Positions 31,301 to 42,234 of a stretch of 64,000 nt of DNA are shown here, piece after piece; position 1 is the stretch's first letter, and each line of letters begins with the position of its first letter. A model generated the notes under the pieces. It was not told the origin of the DNA. It ran no database searches and was given only the letters and a program-made list of their open reading frames with translations. The stretch comes from Schizochytrium sp. TIO01. Taxonomy: Eukaryota > Protista > Bigyra: Labyrinthulomycetes. Where the stretch lies: NCBI GenBank assembly GCA_004764695.1, contig SMSO01000032.1:3038001-3102000 (forward strand). The letters are read 5' to 3'. Made by a program: the position numbers and the translations under genes.

Positions 31301-31867
31301 GCAAGGCGAAGAGGATGTTTGTAAGGTTTGGTGCGAAGAAGATGTTGTAAAGGCATCAGCCGAATAATTCAGGGTTTGGGTATTCCGCGACTGAAGAGAA
31401 TCCTGAAAGTTTGATTGCATATTTTCATTTGGTATGCCTCTTTTCTGCGGCTGTTGGTGTGTGTCTTGGCGGGATGGTAATGTCAGCGAAGAACTAACGA
31501 CGGTGGAATTATGAGTTTGCAGAATCGAATCTTGTGTAACTGGAGCGCCGCGAGGTTGGTTAACGCAGATATTTGATGCTGGTAAACCAGAGAGGTCAGG
31601 TTTCAGGATATAAGTACCCTTTGTAGAATTTATGCATGCGAACGAAGTTTGTTTGAGAATGCTAACTGCAGCTTGGGGAGCCAGGACTTGAGACTGTCTT
31701 CCTTGAGCGACCCCTTTTGACATACCTTGAACAAAAACTCGTTGGCGCATGTAAGCAGTAGCATCACGTTTGAGTTGTTGCTGGCGATACTCCAGCTGCT
31801 CAACAAGATTGTGACGAAGCGCTTTTCCGGTTCCTTGAGGGCTCGTTCCATTGTGAGGTAGTACCAT
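28313..31867 (-). CDS. RecQ family DNA helicase (BLM/Sgs1-like) with RQC and HRDC domains
   Basis: FRPGQ, MPTGGGKSLCYQ, VIDEAHCVSEWGHDFR, ATIAFGMGINKPDVRFV, QESGRGGRDG; Zn-binding CRR..C..CDNC; C-terminal HRDC (IFSD..L..IA...P....EL.QIPGIG). Confidence 0.95.
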   Translation of the reverse strand: MVLPHNGTSPQGTGKALRHNLVEQLEYRQQQLKRDATAYMRQRVFVQGMSKGVAQGRQSQVLAPQAAVSILKQTSFACINSTKGTYILKPDLSGLPASNICVNQPRGAPVTQDSILQTHNSTVVSSSLTLPSRQDTHQQPQKRGIPNENMQSNFQDSLQSRNTQTLNYSADAFTTSSSHQTLQTSSSPCFTSSTSPSQPSTKSRESFEERLGEAGFSVADLMEFVGAPSEQGISTRHHGNWKDQYGKTLGPISIEPGIQKLQREASSLDSTNYASLSVRVQNSNVASTITRDHSMSESSSVLQSTSTNDQIHLQENLNSYENSSTSTFNTTTNSGSSYNNNSIAYGGNLGERRMQYEPLLVPPLPQIGDQSGGFGASEPIQIAANLTISENSFEASTRTNFDWQTVYQTNQRYFGYSKFRPGQRSAIHACLTNRDAFILMPTGGGKSLCYQIPALISKGVTIVISPLVSLIQDQVLALSACGVEAACFLGQSSGDGSSGPSYFEVMDKLRSGTLSLLYVTPEKLAHSPSFGNELQKLMQRGLLARFVIDEAHCVSEWGHDFRSDYLKLNILRANFPSVPMIALTATATNVVIDDVINVLGLRDPKVVKLSFNRSNLRYSILMKKRNMKANLELLADYVSSGPRKHQCGIIYCLSRKETEDVCAGLQRKLGANAVTFYHAGLPDAMERQERQNLWSDNKVRLIVATIAFGMGINKPDVRFVVHFTMPKSVTNFYQESGRGGRDGKVAECVVLFSISDKRRIERIIRGEVNSDYRGSGEPQQQTSRKIQRQMQELGRMVNFCLNRAECRRTLICEHFNETFSDTQCNHTCDNCTERRTRVIRDVDVTNLAKDLILAVQKMDQSASGQRPTLSSVTKTMRGVSGGNRDCPQNGLYKSWKICDVERVISLLFVYGALEEYERSAGNYVNTYMRLGPQGQSFLRQPEIMHIKICEEASRSSVPVREESRSPSFSPTSSGAPTNQSKRRARDISLKPAARKSPYFSSSDTAANESWQGADANDNDFTSAKRLRKSSQRTSLSIVDDLANDLCDSDDDFVKLARGDQASTRDSFGGIGALEGASGRTPQSLRKDLLDRLHEATIQAVETSQLTTNSQRSRQWLIFSDDHLCAIACALPLNLYELGQIPGIGPNKASTKGSHLIQAINDFIAENNIDISALPSFQPAGISSI

Positions 31868-31937
31868 CTGTCAGGAGTTCCTTCGTGGTGTTCGAATCTT
31901 AGTTTAGAACCTCTCCTCCCTGGCTCCCTCGTGTTCC

Positions 31938-32009
31938 TACTGCTGCTGCTGCTGCTACTGCTACTGCTGCTGCCACTGCTGCTGCTGCTGCTGCTGCCAC
32001 TTCTGCTGG
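31938..32009. repeat. (CTG)n/(CAG)n trinucleotide tract upstream of the RecQ start
   Basis: Interrupted CTG run 70-140 nt upstream of the RecQ ATG on the minus strand. Confidence 0.9.
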
Positions 32010-32837
32010 TGATATAATTGTGATGGTGATATGACGATGGTTATGATGCTGTAGTTTTGTTCCTTAGGTTGCTCTTGGTGCTACTGCATAATTTCCATTA
32101 ACTGCGAAGTCATGTATTCTTATATATCCCCCATCTCTCACGGCTCAGTCAACACATGTGGAATGAAAGGGGGTCATATATGGATAGTTTAATAGGAAAA
32201 TTTCCCACTCTTAAAAAGAAATAAACAAAGCCACCACAAGGCTCAGCTTTCTTCGAAAAACCACAGCGAAACACCTCCTAGTCGCTAGAGAGTAGACAAG
32301 TACAAATGCTAACTAACTTCTACCCCACCTAACATGAACTTGAGTTTCTGCCCACGCTAAAAGGTTTATAACTTGCTACCTCTAACTGGTGAGAGTGGTA
32401 AAATAACTTATGATGTGCTTTGGTGAGTTTATCTTGGCTAGCTACTAACTATCTCATGCATGTTTATTAGACCTTGTATGATTGTGGCTCTCTTGTCTTA
32501 AAGTTTTCTCTATAGTTGTTAAGAACTAATAGATAGGTACGGTAACTGTTAGGTAGGTAGTAACCTAATGATAGGTACGTTCCTAAGTACGTAATATCCG
32601 AGTTAGTAGGTACTTAGGCGCGGGTAACAATACTTGGGGAGAAAGAACGAAGGAAGGCCAGAACAATCGGTTGAGTCAATAACTCAACGCTAAAAATCCG
32701 TGTGGCCTTACCACAACTAGTTTCTGCTGCATTAAGATCATACAACAAAGAACCTGACGTCGAAGCGGTGCTGTCCGTCAAAAGGCAGGGCGACCCGTGT
32801 GTGCTCTCGTGAAGTTAAACTCGTAAGCTTTGCAATC

Positions 32838-34864
32838 ATGAACCCTTCCAAGGCGTTGCAAGCCCAAGTGAAGATTCGTCACGAAGCCCAACGCTTGCAG
32901 GTACGTTACGGAGACGCTTGAAAGCAAAGGCCTTTAGAAAAGGTCCTCTTATAGAATTTGAGAACCAGAAGGAAAATAGAGTTGCTTGCTAAGAGATCTA
33001 ATGAAGAACGAGGTCAAACTAATGATAACATCAAAACTCAAATAATGAAACACAAAATCTTGAGCTACATTCTTGCACGAATTATCTTACACCATGATGT
33101 TTACTCGCACTGGTTATTTGGCTCTTGATTCAAAACGGGTTTTGTTAATGGGCTTGATATCTATCTCAAATGGGTTTTGCGACACAGGAATGTACATCTG
33201 AACTTGCGCGATGGGAAGCATCAATTAAACAGAAGGATGCAAAGCTACGCGAAAAACAACCTGATAGATCTTCCAAGTATGGGCAACACACTGCCCATAA
33301 TCCCGTTCGCGATTCTCAAAAAAATAAATCATCTTCAAACGGTAGAGAGACTACCACCTTTACATCCGATTCATCCAAAACTATGGCAAATGCAGCTGCC
33401 CATACATATGATCAGGGGTATAAAAAGTGGGAGTCTTTCGATGTAGATAAAGCTCTGTCCGAAATCGATAATAGCAATACTGAACACGACGAAACCCAGC
33501 ACAAGGAATTCCGCAATCAGATGCCCAGGTCCACGAGTGAAGTTGTTTTCTCATCTGGACCTATTACTCCTGGAAATATTGTTCCTGTCAAGGGGCCGGG
33601 CGCAATTCTACCTTCAGGCAATGATGCATCTGCTAGATCTTCGAAAGTAGCTTTCCCTGAAGCCACAGCTGTTGAATCCAAACCAAGAGATGTTCTTGAG
33701 AGAGAACGTGGTAATGACTATTTCAAACAAGGCAATTTTGCTCAAGCAATTAAGTTTTATACCAGAGCCATAGGCTTCAACCCAAAGAGTGCAGCAGCAT
33801 ATTCTAATCGGGCTATGGCTCTTTTAAAGCTGAAAGACTATAGCTCGTCAGAAATGGATTGTTGTAGTGCATTAGAGCTTGATCCACAGCATGTTAAATC
33901 GCTAACACGGCGCGGAACAGCTCGGAATGCTCTTGGTCGGCACCGTGCTGCATATATAGATTTCTTACGCGTAAGAGAACTAGAACCTCACAACCGTCAA
34001 GCTATTGCCGAATTAGCAAGAACAAGGGAACTTATCCGAAGTTCGAGTCGAAGGGCACCGCGAAAATCAATTGAGATCACGCGACAACCCTTAGAGGGGT
34101 TGACTCTGGGATGTTCACTTGCAATGAGTCCCCAGCCTCAAAAGATTGAAGATGACGCAGATTTTGAAGACGATGCCATGCAACCTACAATGAACGATGA
34201 CCGAAGTCTAGCTCACTCCAAGGGGGGGGGGGTTGCATCTAGCAGCATTTCATTGCCTTCACATCCTTCAACTCCCCAGAGTTCTGGTCCATCTAAAGAG
34301 AATGAACATGCATGCAACCAACCACTCACTGACCAGATTGAAAAAGCAACGCAAGATCGAAACCAAACTTGCTCAAAACAGAGTAAGCTTGTATTCCCCC
34401 CAGAAGTTTGCCCCTCTGGACCCAAGCTGGACATTGGAGATGAATGCACTGAGAAGAACTCCATATCAACACGAAAAATTCGAATTTCGCTGCCAACAAA
34501 GGCGCCACATTCGATGTATGAGTTTGAGCGAATATGGAAAGAACTGCAGAGTAGCAACGAGCTTCGAGGCCAGTATCTCTGCGAGATTGTAGGCGAGTCT
34601 GGGGTGCAAAAGCTGTTTGCGCGCAATCCTCCTGAAGCTGATTTGCTTGCGGAGATGGTACAAAGCCTTGCATGTTTCACTAGCTTGGCACAACCTGTCA
34701 CCTCAGTGAGTCACCTAGGCTTACAGATCCTGGAATCAATTGCCACTTGCCCTAGTCTAGACATGACGATAATGTTTTTGAGCAAGACGGACAAAACAGA
34801 GTTGGCAAATGTCTTGCGCCAAGCTGGTTTCAAATCATCATCTCTCATCAGTATGCTGAAATAG
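32838..34864 (+). CDS. RPAP3: RPAP3/SPAG1-like TPR co-chaperone (R2TP complex); 2 exons, 32838-32900 and 33188-34864
   Basis: Exon 1 MNPSKALQAQVKIRHEAQRLQ, then a GTACGT..CAG intron, then ECTSELARWEASIKQKD, which matches the RPAP3 N-terminus. Also YKKWESFDVDKAL, a 3-TPR clamp (RERGNDYFKQG..YSNRAMA) and a C-terminal RPAP3_C motif (P.SMYEFERIWK). Confidence 0.85.
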
Positions 34865-35380
34865 TCCCGTAAGCCTTCACATCTCCCCATAATATATATT
34901 TGGTAGCCGAACATGTGTTGCATCCTGCATATTTTTTTCTATACAATTCAATTAATAGATGATAGATGAACCATTTCCAACTTAAGACCGTGCATTCAGG
35001 GCGGATATTCAGAGCATAGATTTACTGAATTGCACATGTTAAATCGTACATGTTCTCTTTATAGTGGAAAATCTACGCAATTTGCATATATTCCATATAA
35101 ATTATGCAGTATATCAGAAGCATGTTTTATAACACCAGCTGTATTGTCGCGGTGTGATGCACAATTTTTTATTATTTTTTCAAATAAAGTTATGAGCATC
35201 CTACTATTGTCTCTCAAAGTCAAAAATTGAACGGAAAAGTGCTACACAGAATAGCTGACATATTTATAATTTCTAGACCTTATCATGGTAGGATGTGCCT
35301 AATTTATTATGTTGGTGCGACTTCTAAAGCTAGGTTTTTATGGGGCAATAGCTGTGGAAGTCTAGGTGCTAGGAAATAAC

Positions 35381-36049
35381 TTAATGGTCAGCCAGAGGCA
35401 CAGCAGGAAGGCCTTCGCGTTGCCTCTGAGCCCGATCTGAGTCTGTGAGAGAAGAAGTTGGCGCAGAAGGGAGGCGAGAGGGCTTGAGATAGTCCGCCTC
35501 TTCTTCGTCATCTTCAAGCTCATCAAGGTCCAGATCATCAAGAGCTGCAAGTTCATCGTCCAACTCGCTCTCATCAATATCCTCATCGAAGCCAAGACTG
35601 CGAGACATCACCTCTGCGATCTCTTCGTGATCATACATGAGATCCTGAAGGTCATCTTGGAGATCCTCAATTTTGTCAATCTTGATGCCCTTCATCTGCT
35701 TCTTCAAAACTTTTGCAGAATCCTTCATTGTTGCCACCGTATCCACAGTATCCTTCATGCTTTCCATCATAAAAGCCTGCTGGTCCATATTAAACTGTTG
35801 TGCACCGAGTTGGTCACGTTGTTTTTCATACATTTTCTTGCGCTTTAAGACGCCCAAGGCTCTCTGTTTGAGTTGGACTGCACGCTGGCCTTTTGCAGTT
35901 TTGAGTTGTTTCTTGTATCCGAGGAGCTCCTGGTCTAGCTTAGCAATCTTTTGGTCGATTGTATCCGATCTTCCTTCCATCCGCTTACTCGTCTCCTCGA
36001 GCGTTGGCGCGGGCACCTTTTCCTTCTTGCGGCCTACGAAGCGATGCAT
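35381..36049 (-). CDS. CHMP5: Charged multivesicular body protein 5 / Vps60 (ESCRT-III, Snf7 family)
   Basis: MHRFVGRKKEK..APTL; KQRALGVLKRKKMYEKQRDQL..QQFNMDQ; IDKIEDLQDDL; acidic C-terminus. Confidence 0.93.
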   Translation of the reverse strand: MHRFVGRKKEKVPAPTLEETSKRMEGRSDTIDQKIAKLDQELLGYKKQLKTAKGQRAVQLKQRALGVLKRKKMYEKQRDQLGAQQFNMDQQAFMMESMKDTVDTVATMKDSAKVLKKQMKGIKIDKIEDLQDDLQDLMYDHEEIAEVMSRSLGFDEDIDESELDDELAALDDLDLDELEDDEEEADYLKPSRLPSAPTSSLTDSDRAQRQREGLPAVPLADH

Positions 36050-38284
36050 CTTCTTATGCTGCTAAGATTGCCCGACTCCCTCGCTCGTTTCCTCTTTAAC
36101 TCTCGTTCACACGACACCACGTCTATACAACGTACGAAGCGGTCTTTCCGTGGAGGAGTATTATGGGCGTGCGTTTAACAAAACGCGCTCTTTACGCGTT
36201 GCTGGCGCAAGTTCGTGAAAAGGGGGACGAGGTTTTGCGAATTGAATGACAGAACTTCTGCGACTTTTGCGCTGTGATGTTAACTCCTCATGCTATAGCT
36301 CCTTACCTAGTCCATGAATTAGTACAATTGTAGTCCTGCTACTATTACTTCTGCATAGGGTTCTATATAGATATGGTGCGTATCTAATACTTTAAAGTAG
36401 ATAACCCATTCTGCTTATTAATTTTTGCCTAGTATTGTACAGTATTGTACGAGAGAACTTGAAGCACGAGAATGAGCAAGTCAGCCTATCATTCTCGGAG
36501 AAACCAGAGAAATGAACTGCTCAGAGATAACAATTGATGGCTGATCGTACACCAGATCTTATTTATTGTTTCTGCGGGTGTCTTGAACACTACGAAGTTG
36601 AGAAGGTTGAGCAACTAGTGCTAGCTAGTAACATGAGATTGAAAAAATGGAAAAGCAGCCAACTGGCTTCTTTCCTATGAGTGAACTACTTTCATCGTAA
36701 GCAACACATTCTCAAAACATTTTTAGTTTTCAGTTATTAGTTATACGCCTAATCATATCATCATATCATAGCCTATATAAATTTATTTTTTAATTATTAA
36801 AACTAAAAAAGGAGTAGGTAGTAGCAGAAGTAGCATATACCACTCTCGCTAATCAAGGGCAACTCATTAATTTAGGTAAAACTCAAGACAAATACTATAG
36901 TAGCCTCACTCAGCTTAAACTAATAAGCCAGTCACATCCACTAGGTAGTACGTAGTAGCTGTGCTCTGCTTTCATTTTTTCCTAATAGAAGGCAATGAGT
37001 CATTGTTCTGCCTTGAGCTTAAAAGATTGTAAGGAGAGGCAGAGCTGGGTGTACTAATAAACAATTAGCCTTGACAGGTGAGAGTGTCTTGGAGCCAGAC
37101 CTATCTTGCTTGTAGTTCCTACCTAGTAACTATGATTTACGAAAGTGTACTATTAGGTGTGGATGTTCAGGTCGCTCAATGAATTTGTGTCAACCTGTAA
37201 GCTGGCTATCGCCGCCCTGATCTACACAGTCCCATACATCCCAACTTTGAATTGATGGGTGAACAAATCGTTTTATCAAAACTATGGAAGTACTAGAAGG
37301 CAGGTATGTAAATACTACTAGTCCTGGGAGAAAAGAAAATAAATTTCCTCAGCCATGGCTCAAGCTGGCAACTCCTTCAACTAATATGATACGCACGATA
37401 CAAATTGCAGAGTTTGCAAATAGCTTATTTTTCCATAATTAGCTATCCGTTGTGAGAGCTCCATCTGCCTGACGGGTTATGGTTCAGTCAAGCTCATGAC
37501 CTATTAAAGGTATCAGTTTTACATATACTTTCACGTGAAGCATTCCAGAGATCCGCACCATTAGTACAGCTGTACTCTCATCCCGAGGGCTTCCGAGTCT
37601 GCATCACCTTTGGCAAAAACTTAGATTATTTTTTTCCTACTTTACGTTGGTTACTACCCACCTTGGACTAAAGGGATCGACAGTGCAGGGTAATCATGGC
37701 CTAAGGCTCAAACTTACCCAATTAAAGGATTGCTCAAACCACCTTCAAATTTCTACATGAGCCTATAAGTGGTTTGTTTTAACATGTTTTAGTCCTTTAT
37801 TTGGGTTTTCAGGTAGAAAATGCATTGCATATGACCCCTCTGACCAGTGTAAAGGAATACCCAGTGAAATAAATTACCTAGTGTACATGAGACCATAGCT
37901 AAACGCCACATCGACTTGCATAGCAAAGATAAAAACCAAGTCACTCAAACAATTTTGAATTAAAGTTAAACGTATGATAGATTCATATATGAATAGAGAA
38001 CTCACACTCAAACACCAAGCAGCTTTTCACTAGAGACGTTCCTTGGAAAACTGACTACAAGTGAGAACTCTACTTGCCGTAATAGTGAACTAAACAGTTG
38101 CAAGTGTGCAAATATTTCTTCACGAGCAGGTTGGGTTCTTATGTATGAACACGGCTTTGTATTGACTTGTGGTATCAGAACAACCATATCAGACAGCCAG
38201 TTCGAACAGATATACTAATCTAGAAAATTCATTGTAATTACTATCTCGCAAGTCGTTTGCCAAAAAGGCTGGGAGATGTCTCGC

Positions 38285-39431
38285 TCAGCGACGTTGAGAA
38301 CGGATTTTGGCTCTGGGTAGCATTGAACGAATCTCATCATTGTCATCTGAGGATTGCACAAAGTAAGCCAGGTTCGTTCGAGTTTTCTTCCTAGCTACGT
38401 GACCATGTTTAACTAATGTTGCAAGATACTCGTTGACCTGAAGTACAGAGCACCCACAACAGCGAACAATATCCCCTAGTGCACAGCCCTATGTTTCCAG
38501 TACCAACATTCATCAACGAGCCAATAGAAAAGTGTCAGTCTCCATACTACAATATATTAGAAAATCCTCGATCAGAAAACTTAAAGGTATCAGAATGTAA
38601 GGGACAGATAAACTTACTGGACTTGTGACAATAGCACAATAGATGCGCTCCAGACGCTTAGTATGATCGGGTTGAGAATATTTTCGAGGGAGGGTTCCCA
38701 AGATCTTTTCTCTGACGGGGGTCCAAGCATTAATCCTGGTCTGCGTCTTGCGAGACGTCTCACTATTACCGCTAACGTCTAAGGTTTTCTTTGGCTTCTG
38801 CGTTGCCAAAGGTCCCCGGCTAGAATTAGAGTTTAATACTTCAGGTTTTACGCGTGTAGTCTGTCCAACTGAATTCTTCTGGATTTCGACATGTGCAAGA
38901 CCGTTTCCGAGCCCTGTGGTGGACGGATTTTGCGTGGATGGGTTGTGTTCCACCTCTAATGAAGCAGGCATCTTTTTTTCCTGAGCTATTGCGTTCCTCC
39001 TGGCAACATCTTCTGCCAATCGTTTTTTATCCAATGTACGCTCACGCTGAAGGAGCGCTACAGAGCCTGTCAGGCGTCCTGTGAGACAAGAACTCAATTA
39101 CATAAGCATTGCGAAATGCCCGAAAGAATTTGTTAGCCCAGTGAATCTGCTTGCACTTCTGTTATAAATAGACAAATTCACTGAAGTCGCACAGTTTCAT
39201 CCTGCTCAAACATAAGTAGTAGTATGGCAGATATACTGATAGAAACACTTCAGGTCTTTTATCGAGCATCGAGTTTGTAGGTCAGTGTAGCTCTACGAAA
39301 GCTTAAAACGTACCGAACGAAGAGTTCCACTCCTCTAAATGAACATCAGTTTGCTTTAGGGCGTCCAAATGTGTTGAAAAGAGCGAAACTTCGTGAGCTA
39401 AGTCGAGGATTGCAGCGTTTAAGATCTCCAT
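38285..39431 (-). CDS. DAM1: DASH/Dam1 complex subunit Dam1-like protein with C-terminal winged-helix; 3 exons (39431-39314, 39078 or 39066-38618, 38488-38285)
   Basis: Exon 1 MEILNAAILDLAHEVSLFSTHLDALKQTDVHLEEWNSSFG resembles the Dam1 helix (L..LD.N...L...HE.L..FNESF). GT..AG introns keep frame. The C-terminus LPRKY..P.H..RLERI..AI..SP-GCALGDIVRCCG.SVLQVNEYLATLVKHGHV..K..Y is wHTH-like. Confidence 0.6.
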
Positions 39432-39960
39432 CGCAGACGTTTGGGGTTTGCTTGCCCGGAGCCCACGTTGTCCCCCTTCCTATATCTATTCGTGTGCAAG
39501 TTTGATATGTCAACCGCCTTCTGTTTGCTGCCCCAACTGGTTAGTTCTCAGATTGTTTGCCTTAAGCAAGTTCCGCTTGCTCGAGACATTTGGGCGGTTT
39601 TCTGCGTTTCCCTTCATGGACAAACACCTACTATGTCTCTACTCCTATGATCAATTCCTCTGCCTAAGTAAAAGTTTCAAGTTAAAATGATTTTTTGTTT
39701 TTTTTGTTTTGTTTTTCTAAAAGGTATCTATTGTTAAGAATAAGTAACACTAGATCTTCAACGAGGTCACAGAAAATCTCAGTAATGAGTCACTCTATTG
39801 GAGGTTAGCTGATTATTTGACTGTAACTCCCCGCTTCGTATTGGAGCATATAAGTCATGGCAAAACATCGAAGCTTCTTCGCGCGCGAGAAGTAATGACT
39901 TGAGTTTTTATTAGAGCTAATTAATTTTAACTTATTACATCTGACAAGTGAGAGTAAAAA

Positions 39961-40417
39961 GCTCAGTGATACACGGTGAAAACTACAGCGTTATCCTTTT
40001 GCCTAAATTTGAAACCTCAACAAGTAAAGAAGAATGATCAAAATCAAGACTGTTCGAGTGATGTGTCGTTGGCTTCCGACAAGCACATACTCACAAAGCC
40101 GAGCCTTTCTCCCGCCAGTGGTGTAAACTGGTTGTTTGCTGAGCAGATTGCACTGCAAAACCACGTAATGCATGTGGTGACAAGCTTGGAGCATCCCATG
40201 TTTTCAAATACCCCAAATGCAAACACGTAAGCAATCAACCGTGATATCCACGCCGCCAGAGGCATCATTTTGCGTTACCTGTCCAATGACATTATTTAAG
40301 AATTGTATTTGAGTCGCAGGTTAGTTTTTAAACCGCTATTGAGCCTTGGCCACCATTGGATATGCAAGTTTGCAAACTTTATAGGTTAATTTCAAAGTGC
40401 CCACATTACGCTTTTCG
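39961..40417 (+). mobile_element. 5'-truncated decayed Fanzor (TnpB-like) element, copy 2
   Basis: ENYSVILLPKFETS, IKTVRVMCRW, HKAEPFSRQWCKLVVC*ADCTAKPRNACG, KLGASHVFKYPKCKH, NRDIHAARGIILRYL; aligns by eye along its length to copy 1 (21784-22270). Confidence 0.8.
40261..40417 (+). ncRNA. Candidate Fanzor omegaRNA scaffold (element 3' end), copy 2
   Basis: Homologous to 21784-21960; shared blocks TTTGAGTC, GTTTTTAAACCGC, GCCTTG, CACCAT, CAAACTTT, AAGTGC, CTTTTCG. Confidence 0.4.
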
Positions 40418-41181
40418 TGTACATGCAACCTGAATTCGTCCAGATAAAGCCCGAGAGCCCTTCCTTTAGACCTGTACCATACCTCACCGAACTTGAATTG
40501 TCACTTTAGCTAGACCTAGCCCAAGTACTAGTCGATATCGATTTGGTTCAAAAATACCCTTCTTCCATGTGGAAAGTTTGGTGGGCCAAATCTGCCAGCT
40601 AGGTCGGTATGTTCACGTTCTAGTTGATTTTTTAAATTAAGCAAATCCTAGCTGATCCTCTAGGGATACGATAGAATTGTGGTATGGAGTAGTACTCTAG
40701 AGATCTTTTAGTTTTGTTTTGTTTTTTCTTCATCTCGATTGCTCCTACTCCTCTCACTCATTTATAACAGCCTCCCTTTGAGAAAACAGATTTTTAATGC
40801 TTCTTTTTCTTTTTTTCTTCTTTTTATTTCAGATAAAAAATTTATTGTTCCTGGCTGTAAAGAAAGGAGTATTGAGAGTGACCCAGCGGCAATAATAATA
40901 AGTTAGAATAATAATAGGGGATGGCAACCCTATGCTTGGTAGTGTTGTACCTTATGTCTAGTCTTGAACAACTTAAACTTGCACTGTCCTGGATGTAAAT
41001 CCGAAATAGAGAACCTCACCTCCAAAGAAGCAATCTCAGGGGACGATCGCCCTCCCTGTTATAAGTTGAATCGAGAATTAGAATCTTCGAGCCAGCACTG
41101 TTGAGAGAAAGCCCTTGAGCTTGAGCAATCGCCACTACACATCGCAGGTTATAGCCTGGCCTTGGACAAAGCGTGACTGAT

Positions 41182-42234
41182 ATGCTTGTATTATCTGATG
41201 TCGTTGTGCGTCAACGGGCCCATGTATGGCGCATCATCAAAGCCAACGAACGAGCTTTCTTGGATTTGCACAACGGAGACGCCTTGATCCCTCCACGCAT
41301 TATTCTTGAATTTCCGGGTATGCAAGGAGCATCATTGTTCAAACCTGGAAGCTTCAAAAACTCTCGTCTTTTCGGACAAAAGGTTATAAATGTAAGACCT
41401 GGGAATGCTGCGCGGGGCCTAGGCACAACCCCGGCGGTGATTATGCTTTTTGAAAAAGAGACAGGTGCTACAGAATGCATTATGAATGCTACCTATCTTA
41501 CTGCTTTGAGAACCGCCGCTGGGTCTGCTGTGGCAACCGCAAGGGTAACAAACCCAAAAGTGCGTCGCTTGGTTATCTTTGGAGCAGGACTTCAAGCTGA
41601 GGCCCACGTGAAAACTATGTGCTGCGTACGAGATTTTACAAATGTTATTCTCATTAACCGCAACATCTCTCGTGCAGAAGCGCTGGCAACACAGCTGGAG
41701 AGCGACCTGCAAAACATGCCACGCGACAAGTCAAACAAGACTCTGGGTGATTTAGGCAAAGTTCCCCAAATTCAAGCAGTTGCGAGTGAGGATTTGAGTG
41801 CAGTTGAAGCGGCTTGTCGAGATGCAGATGTGATTTGCACCACAACAGGTAGTTCAACCCCAGTTTTTGAGGGAAGTTGGTTGAAAGATGGAGCACATGT
41901 AAACGCGGTTGGCTCATACCTTCCTGAAAATGCAGAGTTGGATATAATGACAGTCCAGCGCTGCAAGCGCTTGATTGTAGATACGGCAGAAGCTTGGGAT
42001 TCTGGCGATCTACGCAACGCTCTGCTCCAGAAAGTTACATCGAAAGAGAACGCCCTCACCCTAGGCACACTCCTCAATATGGAGCCCCTGACTTACTCGG
42101 TCAAGCAAGGCATTTCGCTTTTTAAGTCAGTTGGATCTGCTGTTCAGGATATTGCATCCGCTCTTCAAGTGTATGAAGATATACAAGAATTGCATGGTGA
42201 TGCTGCAGATTCAATTCAGCAAGTTGAACTTTAG
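41182..42234 (+). CDS. Ornithine cyclodeaminase / mu-crystallin (ketimine reductase) family protein
   Basis: MLVLSD start; LTALRTAAGSAVAT; FGAGLQAEAH; ADVICTTT; GAHVNAVGSY; FKSVGSAVQDIA. Confidence 0.92.
   Translation: MLVLSDVVVRQRAHVWRIIKANERAFLDLHNGDALIPPRIILEFPGMQGASLFKPGSFKNSRLFGQKVINVRPGNAARGLGTTPAVIMLFEKETGATECIMNATYLTALRTAAGSAVATARVTNPKVRRLVIFGAGLQAEAHVKTMCCVRDFTNVILINRNISRAEALATQLESDLQNMPRDKSNKTLGDLGKVPQIQAVASEDLSAVEAACRDADVICTTTGSSTPVFEGSWLKDGAHVNAVGSYLPENAELDIMTVQRCKRLIVDTAEAWDSGDLRNALLQKVTSKENALTLGTLLNMEPLTYSVKQGISLFKSVGSAVQDIASALQVYEDIQELHGDAADSIQQVEL

Noticed and set aside
37875-37894. TACCTA+GTGTACATGAGACC resembling a TAM plus target for the copy-2 Fanzor flank (GTGTACATGCAACC)
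   Set aside because: Only 9 contiguous matches, the register does not fit the inferred element end, and such a match is expected by chance in 64 kb.
40921-40998. Possible upstream exon of the cyclodeaminase gene (MATLCL...)
   Set aside because: The ATG at 41182 already gives a complete family-typical N-terminus (MLVLSD), and no convincing in-frame splice was found.
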